Below, in pieces: positions 29,101-39,356 of a stretch of 64,000 nt of DNA. Every line of letters starts with the position of its first letter. Within the stretch, counting starts at the first letter, position 1. Source of the DNA: an uncultured Muribaculaceae bacterium (GTDB lineage: Bacteria > Bacteroidota > Bacteroidia > Bacteroidales > UBA932); contig CAYZKZ010000003.1 in the NCBI GenBank assembly GCA_964479325.1, positions 339 to 64,338 on the forward strand, given 5' to 3'. The notes beneath the pieces are model-generated. The model was not told the origin of the DNA. It was given only the letters and a program-made list of their open reading frames with translations, and ran no database searches. A program made the position numbers and the translations under genes.

Positions 29101-29921
29101 GGCCTAAGGTTGACAAGGTCATCGCCTACCTGCCGGTCTTTCCTGGAACCAACTGCGACTACGATTCCGCCAAGGCGTTCCGCAAGGCGGGGGCGGAGAT
29201 CCGCACGTCGGTGTTCCGCAATCTGTCGGACAAGGATGTGTTCGAGTCGATCGCCGAGATGAAGAAGAACATCGACGAATGCCAGATCCTGATGCTCAGC
29301 GGTGGTTTCTCCGCCGGTGACGAGCCGGACGGAAGCGGCAAGTTCATCGCCAATGTACTGAACAACAAGGACATCGCTGCCGCAATCGAGGGACTGATTG
29401 CCCGAGGTGGGCTGATTTTGGGAATATGCAACGGCTTCCAGGCGCTTGTGAAGTCCGGCCTGCTCCCTTACGGCGAGCTTGGCAAGGTGACCAAGGACTC
29501 CCCTACCCTGTTCCGCAACGACATCAACAGGCACATCTCGCAGATGGCGACCACCCGCGTTGCCTCCACCAACTCTCCTTGGCTCAAGGGGATGACAGTG
29601 GGTGATGAATATACCATCCCTGTCAGCCACGGCGAGGGCAAGTTCGTTGTCAGCGAGGAGCTTGCGAAGGAGTTGTTCGCCAACGGCCAGGTGGCGTTCC
29701 AGTACGTGGATCCGCTGACTGACGAGCCTACGATGGAGTCGCCTTACAATCCTAACGGTTCGTACTACGCCATCGAGGGCATCATCAGCCGCAACGGCCA
29801 GATCCTCGGCAAGATGGGTCACAGCGAGAGGTACGAGAGGAATCTGCTGAAGAACATCGAGGCCGACCTTGAGCAGCCGCTCTTCGAGAACGCGGTCAGG
29901 TACTTCAACTGCGGTCACTGA
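26160..29921 (+). CDS. purL: Phosphoribosylformylglycinamidine synthase (single-chain)
   Basis: YWSDHCRH, ETHNHPTEIEPFGGAAT, glutaminase GICNGFQ and MGHSER. Confidence 0.97.
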   Translation: MSNYRIFVEKRPEFQVEAKSLLAELNENLRLELKTLRLLNVYDLFGFTPELLEKSRYSVFGEIVTDTVTDSIDLDGTKYIAVEYLPGQFDQRAASAVDCVHLIDPSAKISIKSSKLLIVDSDASEETLEKIRHYYINPVESRVKDLGKLADTEHAAVKPVPVLEGLRNLKGDELKAFCKKMGLAMNADDLAEVVSYFTKEGRDPNETELRILDTYWSDHCRHTTFTTELESIDVEDSFIKEDIEGTLALYLKMRAETGREKKGLNLMDIATIGAKYLRKNGLLDDMEVSEENNACSVYIDVDVDGQTEKWLLMFKNETHNHPTEIEPFGGAATCLGGAIRDPLSGRSYVYQAMRVTGAGDIYKPVSETLPGKLPQKVITKKAAHGYSSYGNQIGLATTHVREIYNEGYTAKRMEVGAVVGAVKAENVRRESPAAGDVVLMIGGRTGRDGIGGATGSSKEHTEESLETCGSEVQKGNAPEERKLERLFRRPEVTRLIKKSNDFGAGGVSVAIGELADGLDIYLDRVPVKYSGMNTTELAISESQERMAVVVEAKDEEEFKRLCHSENIEVTNVADVTDTARMRMFYNGKTVVDLSRAFIDSAGAKHYSKATVGAVEDRDPFFRDIPGKNLKERMFANLQDPNVTCQKGLIEMFDSTIGRSTVLMPFGGELQTTETQVSVQKLPVDGYTDTASMMAFGFNPDLCEWSPYHGAAYSFIEACAKVVAAGGHWETMRFSCQEYFERMTSDPKVWGKPTAALLGALKMQKELGLASIGGKDSMSGSFETEDGTINVPPTLIAFGITPVKADKVISPEFKWEGDRLYLVRHTPLADRMPDTEQLKRNWNYIQEKIADGTIVAGWAVGFGGVAEALCKMSFGNAFGFDVKLSEDDLFNLGYGSIVVETDGSALDFENAEEIGTVTSGEDGNASVNGTKISIFEMMDFNASLFEKVYPAVSKPDFKRVLPKGMEGVKPFKAKKADLEYQGPKVDKVIAYLPVFPGTNCDYDSAKAFRKAGAEIRTSVFRNLSDKDVFESIAEMKKNIDECQILMLSGGFSAGDEPDGSGKFIANVLNNKDIAAAIEGLIARGGLILGICNGFQALVKSGLLPYGELGKVTKDSPTLFRNDINRHISQMATTRVASTNSPWLKGMTVGDEYTIPVSHGEGKFVVSEELAKELFANGQVAFQYVDPLTDEPTMESPYNPNGSYYAIEGIISRNGQILGKMGHSERYERNLLKNIEADLEQPLFENAVRYFNCGH

Positions 29922-29972
29922 TGTACCGTGGTCACTGCGGTCGCTGAGCTTGTCGAAGTGACCGAAGTGACC
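29910..29972. repeat. REP cluster between purL and purC, overlapping the purL stop
   Basis: GGTCGCTGAGCTTGTCGAAGTGACC plus GGTCACTG fragments. Confidence 0.8.
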
Positions 29973-30012
29973 AATGAATATGTCCAGGCGGCAGGGTAAC
30001 AAATTGAGAACG

Positions 30013-30732
30013 ATGGAAAAAAGAAACATAATACACGATGGTGTGTCCATCAAGATCTACGAGACGGATGATCCAGAGAAGGTGATCATCCATTTCACGG
30101 ATGAGATCACGGCGTTCAACAAGATCAAGAAGGCCGTGATCAAAGACAAGGGCCTGTACTGCAACGGGATCTCGTGCGAGATCTCAAGGCTTTTGCAGAA
30201 AGGAGGCGTGCCGACGCACTTCATCGAGCAGATCTCCGACACCGAGCAGGTCTGCTGGAAGTCGAAGGTGATCCCGATGGAGGTCATCGTGCGGAACGTG
30301 ATCGCCGGATCAATGGCCCAGAGGCTTGGACTGGAGGAAGGAATCGTGCCGAAAGAGCCTGTCTATGACCTCTGCTACAAGTCGGACATCCTCTGCGACC
30401 CGATCATCAACGACTACCACGCCGTCGCCCTCGGCCTCGTGAGCAAGGAGGAGCTTGAACGAATATATTCATTGACAAAGCAGGTCAACGGCATCCTGAC
30501 GCCCGTCTTCAAGGAGATCGGCATCACGCTGGTTGACTTCAAGATAGAGTTCGGGCATCTGGCGGACGGAAGTCTTGTGATGAGCGACGACATCACCCCT
30601 GACAGCGCCCGCTTCTGGGACATCGCCACCAGAGAGCGTCTCGACAAGGACCGCTTCCGCAAAGACTACGGCCACGTCGGCGACGCCTACAAGACCGTCT
30701 ATGAGAGGCTGACCGGGAAAAAGGCACAATAG
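30013..30732 (+). CDS. purC: SAICAR synthetase (divergent N-terminus)
   Basis: IPMEVIVRN, VDFKIEFG, ITPDSARFWD and LDKDRFR motifs. Confidence 0.88.
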   Translation: MEKRNIIHDGVSIKIYETDDPEKVIIHFTDEITAFNKIKKAVIKDKGLYCNGISCEISRLLQKGGVPTHFIEQISDTEQVCWKSKVIPMEVIVRNVIAGSMAQRLGLEEGIVPKEPVYDLCYKSDILCDPIINDYHAVALGLVSKEELERIYSLTKQVNGILTPVFKEIGITLVDFKIEFGHLADGSLVMSDDITPDSARFWDIATRERLDKDRFRKDYGHVGDAYKTVYERLTGKKAQ

Positions 30733-30759
30733 AAAACAAGAATCAAAGCATTACTGAAT

Positions 30760-32328
30760 ATGAGGAATTTATTCTTGACAAATACTCTTACAAGGCAGAA
30801 GGAACTCTTCAAGCCTATCCATCCGGGACACGTGGGGATGTACGTCTGCGGACCGACGGTCTATGGCGAGGCCCACTTGGGTCACTCTCGTCCGGGGGTC
30901 ACTTATGATGTGCTGTTCAAACTGCTCAGACACTTAGGCTACAAGGTACGCTACGTGCGCAACATCACCGATGTTGGACACCTTGAGCACGACGCTGACG
31001 AGGGCGAGGACAAGATTGCCAAGAAGGCAAGGCTGGAGCAGCTTGAGCCGATGGAGGTCGTGCAGACCTACACGTTCCGCTACCACGAGGCGATGCGTCT
31101 GCTGAACGTCGCTCCGCCTTCAATCGAGCCAAGGGCCTCGGGACACATCATCGAGCAGATCGAGACCGTGAAGAAGATTCTTGACGCGGGCTACGCCTAC
31201 ATCTCCAACGGCTCCGTCTATTTCGATGTGGAGAAGTACAACAAGGATCACCACTATGGAATCCTCTCCGGGCGCACGCTTGACGACACCCGCGAGGGTA
31301 CAAGGGAGTTGGACGGACAGAGCGACAAGAAAGCCCCTTACGACTTCGCCCTCTGGAAAAAGGCCGAGCCTGAGCACATTATGCACTGGCCGAGTCCGTG
31401 GAGCGAGGGATTCCCCGGATGGCACCTGGAGTGCTCCGTGATGGGCGAGAAGTACCTCGGCAACGAGTTCGACATCCACGGAGGCGGAATGGATCTGATG
31501 TTCCCTCACCACGAGTGCGAGATCGCCCAGAATGTGGCCAGCCGCCACACACAGGGCGTACACTACTGGGTACACAACAATATGATCACCATCAACGGCC
31601 AGAAGATGGGCAAGTCGCTGGGCAACTTCATCTCCCTGCCGCAGCTTTTCAGCGGGCAGCACCCGAAACTCACGCAGGCATATTCCCCGATGACGATCCG
31701 CTTCTTCATCCTCCAGGCGCACTACCGCAGTACGCTCGATTTCAGCAACGAGGCGCTTCAGGCGGCGGAGAAGGGACTGAAGAGGGTGATGCAGGCGGCG
31801 AAGGATCTCAAGGCGCTGGCCGCCGCGGCCGGAATCAACGACACCGCGAAAGGCACTGAGGGCAATCCGGTTGACGCGATGCAGTACGGAGAGTTCATCA
31901 CCGACATCGCTCCGGACGGATGCCCGGCCACCTCGGAAGAGGTCAAGGGAATATTCAATGCCGTCTATGACGCGCTCTGCGACGACCTCAACACGCCGAT
32001 AGCCTTGTCGAACATCTTTGACGCTGTCCGGCTCATCAACTCGGCAAAGACCGGAGAGACGAAGCTCAGCAAAGGCGACCTGGAGACATTGACGCAGATC
32101 TTCGACAACATCGTCTTCGGTGTACTCGGCCTGAAGGACGAGGCCGCCGGCGAATCAGGCAAGGGTCAGGAGATTGTCTCAGGACTGATGGATATGGTCT
32201 TGGAGGAGCGCACGAAAGCCAAGGCGGCCAAGGACTGGGCGGCCAGCGACGCGATCCGCGACCACCTCAAAGCGCTCGGAATCACCGTCAAGGACACAAA
32301 GGACGGCGCGGAGTGGACAATTCAATAA
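30760..32328 (+). CDS. cysS: Cysteine--tRNA ligase
   Basis: [26 protein letters not shown] and KMGKS motifs. Confidence 0.97.
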   Translation: MRNLFLTNTLTRQKELFKPIHPGHVGMYVCGPTVYGEAHLGHSRPGVTYDVLFKLLRHLGYKVRYVRNITDVGHLEHDADEGEDKIAKKARLEQLEPMEVVQTYTFRYHEAMRLLNVAPPSIEPRASGHIIEQIETVKKILDAGYAYISNGSVYFDVEKYNKDHHYGILSGRTLDDTREGTRELDGQSDKKAPYDFALWKKAEPEHIMHWPSPWSEGFPGWHLECSVMGEKYLGNEFDIHGGGMDLMFPHHECEIAQNVASRHTQGVHYWVHNNMITINGQKMGKSLGNFISLPQLFSGQHPKLTQAYSPMTIRFFILQAHYRSTLDFSNEALQAAEKGLKRVMQAAKDLKALAAAAGINDTAKGTEGNPVDAMQYGEFITDIAPDGCPATSEEVKGIFNAVYDALCDDLNTPIALSNIFDAVRLINSAKTGETKLSKGDLETLTQIFDNIVFGVLGLKDEAAGESGKGQEIVSGLMDMVLEERTKAKAAKDWAASDAIRDHLKALGITVKDTKDGAEWTIQ

Positions 32329-32338
32329 TAACGAGGAA

Positions 32339-33013
32339 ATGAGTCACAAAAGGTATATATCCGTCTCGGTGATGTGTTCCGACCTGATGAATATGGGGAG
32401 GGACATCCGGACACTTGAGGAGAACAATGCCGACTGGCTGCACGTGGATGTGATGGACGCGCATTTCGTTCCGAACCTGACTTTCGGGCCGGATCTGATC
32501 AAGGCGTTGCAGAAAGCCTCAAAACTGCCTGTTGATGTGCATCTTATGATGGAAGACCCGGAAATTGTCATCGACAAGTTCACGACAAGGAAGGGCGACA
32601 TCATCTCCATCCACGTCGAGATTGACAAAGACATCCGCAGGATAGCGGACAAGGTGCACGCAGAGCAAGGCCTCTTCGGCCTTGTGGTGAATCCAGAGAC
32701 ACCTGTAGAAGCCTTGGAGCCGTACCTTGATGTTATGGACACAGCCACGCTGATGCTCGTACATCCGGGCGCGGCCGGAGCCAAGATGGTCGATGGAATT
32801 ATGGATAAGGTAGCCGAGTTGCGTAAGTTCCTCGACAGCAAAGGCCACAAGGACATCCTCATCAGCGTTGACGGCAGCGTCAGCAAGGAGAGGGCGCACC
32901 TGATGGCCGAGATGGGCGCTGACATATTCGTAGGCGGCACAGCCGGCATCTACAGAAAAGGGATGGCCGTTTCCGAGACCATCCCCCAGATGAGGGCTTC
33001 CATTGATTTTTAG
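32339..33013 (+). CDS. Ribulose-phosphate 3-epimerase family protein, AlsE-like
   Basis: HVDVMDAHFVPNL, DVHLM and NPETP. The SVMCSDL, VDGS and GTAGI variants resemble allulose-6-P epimerase more than Rpe. Confidence 0.85.
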   Translation: MSHKRYISVSVMCSDLMNMGRDIRTLEENNADWLHVDVMDAHFVPNLTFGPDLIKALQKASKLPVDVHLMMEDPEIVIDKFTTRKGDIISIHVEIDKDIRRIADKVHAEQGLFGLVVNPETPVEALEPYLDVMDTATLMLVHPGAAGAKMVDGIMDKVAELRKFLDSKGHKDILISVDGSVSKERAHLMAEMGADIFVGGTAGIYRKGMAVSETIPQMRASIDF

Positions 33014-33035
33014 AAGCCCTGTTTAGAGCGGGATT

Positions 33036-34772
33036 TTAGAATCCCTTGTAATCAGTCTGCAAGGCAGAGCATTTATAGACATTGACCGTTCCGCTTCCCG
33101 GGATGGTCTGTGTCGCTTTTATCTCCCACCCACTGACTTTCGCCGGATCTCCGCCCGGAGCGGGGATGTACCAATAGTACTGAGGAGTCGATCTCGCCCA
33201 CGTGGCCGTCTGTCTGCCCAAATCATTGTAGAAGAAGGATGTGACGCAGACATCGTTGATCTTAGCAGGAACCTTCTTGAGGTCTCCGACCTTCTCTCCA
33301 TTCTGGAAAAGTTCGATCTTCCAATTATCCTCGTCGCTGTTCCAGACAGATGCGACAAAGCAGCCCTCAAGACCTGTGAATCCATCCACCTTGACGTGCT
33401 TAGGGCCGTAGCCTCCCTCTTTCCAGGAGAACGAGTACTCTCCTCCGGCAGGGACACCGTCCTTGCCGCCGTAGAGCTGGTTGCCGTCATAGACGCGCAT
33501 CTGAAGTTCAGGAGACTCGTTAGTGCCTTTGGCGAACCAGTTCTTCATCGTGTCACCGGAGACCTCATAGATGCTGTACCCGTTCGGAGAACCGGCGAGG
33601 TTCAGGTTGCAGGTCCACCAAGCACCGCAGGTCGCTCCGTGAATATGCTCATACACCGGAGTGCCTCCTTTGGTCACGTAGTCGTGATGGATGAAATTCT
33701 GGGCGTAGTGCGTGTGGCCGATCATCAGGTGAGCCTCATTGAAATCCGTCAGGAGATCCACAGCGTCGGCCATATTCTTGATCCGATGAGGGCCTTGCCT
33801 GTCTGCGCTGTGACGGAACTGGATGTGAGTGCAGAAAACAATCATCTTGTTCTCCTTGTCCGGCACGAGCGACAAGTCTGTCTTAAGCCACTCCAACTGC
33901 TCGTCGGAGATGCCGTCGTCATATTTCCAATGCTTGCCGTCGGTTGTTGTGACCGCCACATCATCCATCACCACAATGTGGACATCGCCCCTGTTGAAAG
34001 AGTAGTCCGTCGGACCGAAAAGTCTGACATAGTTGTGGGTGGAAGTGTAGTCGTCAGAGCAGGATGCGTCGTGGTCGTGGTTTCCGATGCAGTTGTAGAT
34101 GGGAAGATATTCACCTGAGTTCAGGGAGAAACCGGACATCGCGTCGCGCATTGGCTCCCACTGAACAGTGTTGTCGAAAGTGATGTCGCCGAGGGTGACA
34201 GCGTAGGCGTTCAGGTACTTTCCCTCCGCCTGAAAGGTGGAGAGGAAGTTCTTGATGTCCGGCAAAGTCTCGGTCTTGTACCTCTCGACATCCGAGTCGG
34301 TCTTGCACTGAGGGTCGCCGATCATCACGAGGGTGAAGTCTTTCTCAGGAGCGTCCAGCGGCTCAAGAACAAAATCGTTGCGGTTCTGAACGACCTTGTC
34401 GATCGGCTTCGTGGAGTAGAACAGAGGCAGTTTGGTCTGTGGATCAAGCGCAGCCTTGTACTCGGCCGGGAGAGAGTAATAGACATTGCGGCACCTGCCG
34501 TCGGCCTTCATCTGATAGACACCGTTCCTGTCGGTCACCGTGAAGGTGTAGCCATCGGTCACAGGAACGCCAGCGATTCCCTTGCCGGTCTTTGAGTCTT
34601 TGATGAGACCGACCAAATTGTTGGCGAGTTTTGTTCTCGTTCCGTTGATCTTGACACCCTTTCCGCTCACCTTGGCCGGAGAGCTTGCCTCGGCAGACTC
34701 AGCGTTGGCGACCACCCCCTGACAGAGAGCGGCCAGCACCATCAATGCCGAAACTAATTTCTTGAATATCAT
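33036..34772 (-). CDS. Secreted calcineurin-like metallophosphoesterase (MetallophosN/Metallophos/MetallophosC)
   Basis: GDPQ, LGDITFD, GNHDH, GHTH and GATCGAWW motifs, with a signal peptide. Confidence 0.9.
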   Translation of the reverse strand: MIFKKLVSALMVLAALCQGVVANAESAEASSPAKVSGKGVKINGTRTKLANNLVGLIKDSKTGKGIAGVPVTDGYTFTVTDRNGVYQMKADGRCRNVYYSLPAEYKAALDPQTKLPLFYSTKPIDKVVQNRNDFVLEPLDAPEKDFTLVMIGDPQCKTDSDVERYKTETLPDIKNFLSTFQAEGKYLNAYAVTLGDITFDNTVQWEPMRDAMSGFSLNSGEYLPIYNCIGNHDHDASCSDDYTSTHNYVRLFGPTDYSFNRGDVHIVVMDDVAVTTTDGKHWKYDDGISDEQLEWLKTDLSLVPDKENKMIVFCTHIQFRHSADRQGPHRIKNMADAVDLLTDFNEAHLMIGHTHYAQNFIHHDYVTKGGTPVYEHIHGATCGAWWTCNLNLAGSPNGYSIYEVSGDTMKNWFAKGTNESPELQMRVYDGNQLYGGKDGVPAGGEYSFSWKEGGYGPKHVKVDGFTGLEGCFVASVWNSDEDNWKIELFQNGEKVGDLKKVPAKINDVCVTSFFYNDLGRQTATWARSTPQYYWYIPAPGGDPAKVSGWEIKATQTIPGSGTVNVYKCSALQTDYKGF

Positions 34773-34782
34773 CGTTCAACCA

Positions 34783-35607
34783 CTATTTGTACTTCACCCA
34801 AGTGGCCTTCTCGTCAAGGAATTTCTTGACCTCGATGGCCCTGTCGCAGCAAAGGAACTCAGCCCCGAGATAGACACCGAGCATAAAGTCCTCCTGCGAA
34901 CGTGACGGCCAGAGAGAGACTGAGAGTCCGGCCTCCTTGGCTTTCTTGACAGCGGATCTTGTCGTTCCGTTCATCTGGCAGCCGATTCTCTTGATGCCCA
35001 TAGCCTCGGCCTCGTAGATGGTCTCGTCGCAGACAGGCTTGCTGAAGATGATGAGCATATCCACATCCGGATGCAGGGAGCGCATCATATTCAGCGCCGT
35101 CTTGCTGCTGGAGGTGAAAAGGTAGGTGGAATTGGCCGGTTTGCCGGTCATCACCGCCTTGTACAGTTTGTCACAGTACTCGCGGAGCCTTTCGGTCGGG
35201 TAACTGGAGGCTGGGGAAGTCTTCATCTCGAACTCAACGTAGAGTCCGTCCTTGGTGTTGAGGAACTTCATCAGCTCGTCAAGGAACAGAATCTTGTTGC
35301 CCTGAAGGGTGGTAAGCTCACGGATCTCGGCGGAAGTCATAGACTCGACCTTTCCCTCGCAACCGGTAAGCCTTGCGAAAGTCTCGTCGTGGTTGACCAC
35401 AAGCTGGCCGTCCTTTGTCATACGGATGTCGGTCTCGTAACCGCGCATTCCCTTCTCGTAGCAGGCCTTGAAGGCCGGAAGGGTGTTCTCGTCGAACTCG
35501 AAACGGCTGGCCCGGTGGGCGAAGAATGTGACTGTCTGGCTCTGGGCGAACGCAGGAACAGAAAGCGCCGAAAGAAGCAGAGCCAACGCTATTTGCTTGA
35601 TTTTCAT
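34783..35607 (-). CDS. Glycerophosphodiester phosphodiesterase (GDPD) family, secreted
   Basis: AHRASR, ENTLPAF, YETDIRMTKDG..VVNHD and EFEMK motifs. Confidence 0.9.
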   Translation of the reverse strand: MKIKQIALALLLSALSVPAFAQSQTVTFFAHRASRFEFDENTLPAFKACYEKGMRGYETDIRMTKDGQLVVNHDETFARLTGCEGKVESMTSAEIRELTTLQGNKILFLDELMKFLNTKDGLYVEFEMKTSPASSYPTERLREYCDKLYKAVMTGKPANSTYLFTSSSKTALNMMRSLHPDVDMLIIFSKPVCDETIYEAEAMGIKRIGCQMNGTTRSAVKKAKEAGLSVSLWPSRSQEDFMLGVYLGAEFLCCDRAIEVKKFLDEKATWVKYK

Positions 35608-35737
35608 TTTATGAGTATTATAATGAACTTTTTTATTCACCAATCGGCAAGCCTCCCTGGGGAAAGCTTGCCGAATAGAATGTAAATGGTTCAATGTCAA
35701 GATATTCAAAATCCTACATATTCCCTTGTGACGACTG

Positions 35738-37483
35738 TTAGAACTCTGAGTAGTCGGTGGTGAGCTTGTTGGTGGTGAAGGTCACAGAACCTCCGTTAGG
35801 GAAGGTGTGTGTGGCGCGTACCTCCCAGTTCTGCTCCTCGGAAGGATTGCCGGAAGCCGGGGTGTAGTACCAGTAGTGACCCGCGGTAGAGTTGCACCAG
35901 GTGTCAGTGTTCTTGCCCTTGTCGTTGAACCAGAAAGCGCAGATGGCCATATTGGACAATCCGCTGTCTCCGGCCCTTGTGAAGTCACCTACCTTCTGTC
36001 CGTTCTGCCAGAACTCAAGAGTCCAGTACTTGGCGTCATCATCGAAGACCTCGGCTACGAAGCTGTTCTTGGCGGCGGCGAAGCCCTTCATATTGAGGGA
36101 CGGAGACTTAACCGTGAGAGTGGTGTACCAGTTGATCTCGTACTTTGTTTTCTCAGGGTTACTCTCGGAACGGTACTGCTGGTTGCCGTCATAAATCCTC
36201 ATCTGGTAGCCGGCGTCACGGTTGGTCGGCTTGAGAAGCCAGTCCTCAATCTTGGAACCCTTCACATCGTAGATGTTGTAGCCGTTAGGAGAGCCGGTCA
36301 CATTGGAGTCAGCGTTCCACCAAGCGCCACAGGCTGCTCCGTGAATATGCTCATATACCTCCTTGCCGTTCACGTCGCTGTGGATGTAGTTCTGGGTGTA
36401 GTGAGTATGACCCACCATTATGTGCGCCTCAGAGAACTGGCCGAGAAGGTTCATAACCTCAGCGTAGTTGCCCTTAGTCTTGTTGCCTCTGATAGGCTGG
36501 TGAGTGCAGAAGACGATGAGTTTGGACTCTGGGTTCGCCACATTCGCAATGTCCTGGCGAAGCCACTCCATCTGGGTGTCTGTCAATTCGTTAGTGTAGT
36601 CCCAAGTGTAACTGTTAGGAGAGTTGCTTTTAGAAATACCATCAACATAGACATTGTCTATCACCACGATGTGGGCGTTGCCGCGGTCGAAAGAGTAATC
36701 GGTAGGACCGAAGTACTTGACATATTCCTCCAAAGAATTGTAGTCATCAGTCTCCCTGTTGCCGGTGGCCTTAACCTTTGAGTTGTGGTCGTGGTTTCCG
36801 GTGCTGTTGAAGACCGGAAGATACCTTCCGCTGATAACGATGTTCTTCATCGTGTTCACCATCGGGCCGAACATATAGAAGGAATCAAAGGTGACATCGC
36901 CGAGAGTAACGGCATAGACGTTAGGAGAATACTCACCGCTCTCCATAGTCCTGCGGATGTCCGGGATGGTCTCGCCGAGGAATCTTGCGGCATCGTCGAT
37001 GGTCTGGCACTGAGGGTCACCGATCATCAGAAGGGTGAAGTCAGTCTCTGGAGCGTCGAGTTTCTTGAGTTTGAAGTCGCACCTATAGGACTGCCCGCTT
37101 GCCATAATTCCAGGAGAATAGAACTGAGGAAGGTGGAAAGTCTCGTCAAGAGGAATCTGGTACTCAGCCGGAACGGTGTAGTAAACCTTACGGGCCAGCG
37201 AGTTCCTCTTCATCTGATAGACTCCATTGGCGTCTGTCTTGACGTACTGGTAGCCATCGGTGACAGCCACTCCGGCGATTCCCTTTCCGGAATCCTTGTC
37301 CGTGATGACACCGGCGAGATCGACACCCTCTCCAAGGGTGGTTCCGTTGATGTTGGTTCCCGCAAGTTCGGAAAGTTCCGGAGTCAGAGTCTCTCCCCCG
37401 ACAGGAACTTCCTCCTCCTTGGAGCAGCCGGCCAAGACGGCTACCAGCATCGCATAACAAATAAAGTATGTTATCTTTTTCAT
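35738..37483 (-). CDS. Lipoprotein calcineurin-like metallophosphoesterase (paralogue of 33036-34772)
   Basis: Lipobox LAGC; GDPQ, LGDVTFD, GNHDH, GHTH and GAACGAWW. Confidence 0.9.
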   Translation of the reverse strand: MKKITYFICYAMLVAVLAGCSKEEEVPVGGETLTPELSELAGTNINGTTLGEGVDLAGVITDKDSGKGIAGVAVTDGYQYVKTDANGVYQMKRNSLARKVYYTVPAEYQIPLDETFHLPQFYSPGIMASGQSYRCDFKLKKLDAPETDFTLLMIGDPQCQTIDDAARFLGETIPDIRRTMESGEYSPNVYAVTLGDVTFDSFYMFGPMVNTMKNIVISGRYLPVFNSTGNHDHNSKVKATGNRETDDYNSLEEYVKYFGPTDYSFDRGNAHIVVIDNVYVDGISKSNSPNSYTWDYTNELTDTQMEWLRQDIANVANPESKLIVFCTHQPIRGNKTKGNYAEVMNLLGQFSEAHIMVGHTHYTQNYIHSDVNGKEVYEHIHGAACGAWWNADSNVTGSPNGYNIYDVKGSKIEDWLLKPTNRDAGYQMRIYDGNQQYRSESNPEKTKYEINWYTTLTVKSPSLNMKGFAAAKNSFVAEVFDDDAKYWTLEFWQNGQKVGDFTRAGDSGLSNMAICAFWFNDKGKNTDTWCNSTAGHYWYYTPASGNPSEEQNWEVRATHTFPNGGSVTFTTNKLTTDYSEF

Positions 37484-37503
37484 ATTATCTATTGATGAAT
37501 ATA

Positions 37504-39339
37504 TTAGTTCCAACCATTATTCTGCCCGATCTTAGGGTTCAGCGTCAAGGCAGTTGTAGGGATAGGACGGCAGTACATATTGTCAGTCCACTGAAGATCA
37601 ATCTTGTAAACGAGGTAACCGTCCTCGATGAACCAGTCGGACTCCTTCGCCGATGACCTTGTCCTGATCGGATAGTTGGTGGTGGAGTTGGTGTTGAGTG
37701 CGTCTGAAGATGTGTCGAATGTGTAGGTCTTGCCCTCGAAGTCCATATCTGAGCCGTCGCCGACATAGATACCCTTCCAACCAACGTTGTCGTACCTGCG
37801 GGCGATCAGGTCAGCCTGACCGTAGCGATAGACATCGAGCTGGCGGAGACCACCCTCGAAAGTGAGTTCGGTGACTCTCTCTCGACGGATCTCAAGAGCG
37901 ATGTCAAGATCACCTTGGGTGTACATTGCGTGGTTGAGGCCTGTTGTGTAGTACTTGTAGAGCCACTCGTCCCTGCTGTAGTCACCACTACCTGGATAGA
38001 TGTCTGTGATGCCGGCGCGCTTGCGGAGTGCGCCCACAGTCAATGTCCAGACACTCTGATCCATCTTGCCAAGCTCGTTCATCGCCTCGGCGTAGTTGAG
38101 GAGAACCTCGGCATAACGCACGATAGGAAGCGAGTTCTCATCGATGGAATTCTGGAAATGGGTCTCATCCGGAACCGACCACTTTGTCAACATATAGCCT
38201 GTCTTGCAGAAAGTGAAGTCTATCGTCTCGTTAGCCGAAGCAGAGTTGCTGATGGCGTGTCCAGGGCCGAGGACCGTGGCGGCAAGACGAGGGTCACGGC
38301 CTTCGAACTCATCAGTGATGAATTTCTTGTCGTCACCGGCGGCGACATCGATCGGCTTACCGTCAGTCTTCATAAACATATCCACCAGATCCTTGGTACC
38401 GGAATACTGCTGTCCAAGGGTAGATGAGTGGAAGTATCTGGTAAGGCCGTGACGCACGTTGAGGTCTCCGCTGTAGGAACGTCCCCAGATCACCTCGTCC
38501 TTCTGAATCTTGCTGCTCAGGAAAAGTGAGGAGTAATCCTTGATAAGGGAGAAACCGCCCTCGTCAATGACTGTCTTGGCGCATTTGGCGGCAAGTTCAA
38601 GGAGATCATTGACAGTCTCGTACTCGTTGGTCCAAGGCTTTCCGGTCGCCGGGTTGTTAGCCACGTTCATCCTGAATGTGGCCTCGTAGAGGAAGTACCT
38701 TGAGGCCAATGCATTGACAACGTATTTGTCGATGCGCACGCGTCCGTCGGTGTGGAACTTGTCGGCCATACAGTTGGTGGCGGCAAACTCCAGATCCTCG
38801 CGGATCTTGTGGAAGACATATTCCCTGTCGTCCCTCGGCCCGTAAAGAACTGTGGAATCCGACGGCTGGAGGTACTGCTCAACCCAAGGCACGTTTGAGA
38901 AGGTGTTCACCTTGGAGACATATTTCATTGCTCTCCAGAAGCGAGCCACGCCCTCATAGTGGTTGTAGATGTTCTCATCCACCTTGGTCTTGGCCTTGTC
39001 CATCCTGGTGAGCATATAATTCACCCTGCGGAGGAAGCTCCAGTCACTATTTGCCCATCCGGTCTGCTTTGAAGAACTCCAATTAGAAGACGGACGGTAG
39101 AAGTCTGTACTGTTCTTTGTCGCGATCAAGTCGTTGTAGGCATCACCTCCTGTGGTCTCCGAATAGTTCGGAAGCCAAGAGTTGATCATACCATTGGCGT
39201 ACATCTCCAACTCTGACTCGCTTTGAAAGTAAGTCTCCGCATTGAACTTGTTGATTGGGTCTCTTGACAGGAATCCCTCGCAGGACACCAGAGAAGACAC
39301 CATCAGCGCGCTTGTCAGTAAATATATTATTTTTTTCAT
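37504..39339 (-). CDS. SusD/RagB lipoprotein
   Basis: Lipobox LVSC; RYAEVLLNYAEA, IRRERVTEL and terminal QNNGW. Confidence 0.94.
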   Translation of the reverse strand: MKKIIYLLTSALMVSSLVSCEGFLSRDPINKFNAETYFQSESELEMYANGMINSWLPNYSETTGGDAYNDLIATKNSTDFYRPSSNWSSSKQTGWANSDWSFLRRVNYMLTRMDKAKTKVDENIYNHYEGVARFWRAMKYVSKVNTFSNVPWVEQYLQPSDSTVLYGPRDDREYVFHKIREDLEFAATNCMADKFHTDGRVRIDKYVVNALASRYFLYEATFRMNVANNPATGKPWTNEYETVNDLLELAAKCAKTVIDEGGFSLIKDYSSLFLSSKIQKDEVIWGRSYSGDLNVRHGLTRYFHSSTLGQQYSGTKDLVDMFMKTDGKPIDVAAGDDKKFITDEFEGRDPRLAATVLGPGHAISNSASANETIDFTFCKTGYMLTKWSVPDETHFQNSIDENSLPIVRYAEVLLNYAEAMNELGKMDQSVWTLTVGALRKRAGITDIYPGSGDYSRDEWLYKYYTTGLNHAMYTQGDLDIALEIRRERVTELTFEGGLRQLDVYRYGQADLIARRYDNVGWKGIYVGDGSDMDFEGKTYTFDTSSDALNTNSTTNYPIRTRSSAKESDWFIEDGYLVYKIDLQWTDNMYCRPIPTTALTLNPKIGQNNGWN

Positions 39340-39356
39340 CGTTTTTCCGCTTAATT

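Noticed and set aside
28296-30053. 585-aa antisense ORF, and similar shadow ORFs (8372-9622, 26154-27311, 35807-36781)
   Set aside because: They lie opposite well-supported genes. Strong C-ending codon bias suppresses antisense stop codons, and they show no recognisable motifs.
31810-31940. Apparent ~30-aa insertion in CysS as an intein or REP
   Set aside because: No splice motifs and no REP sequence; probably a variable loop.
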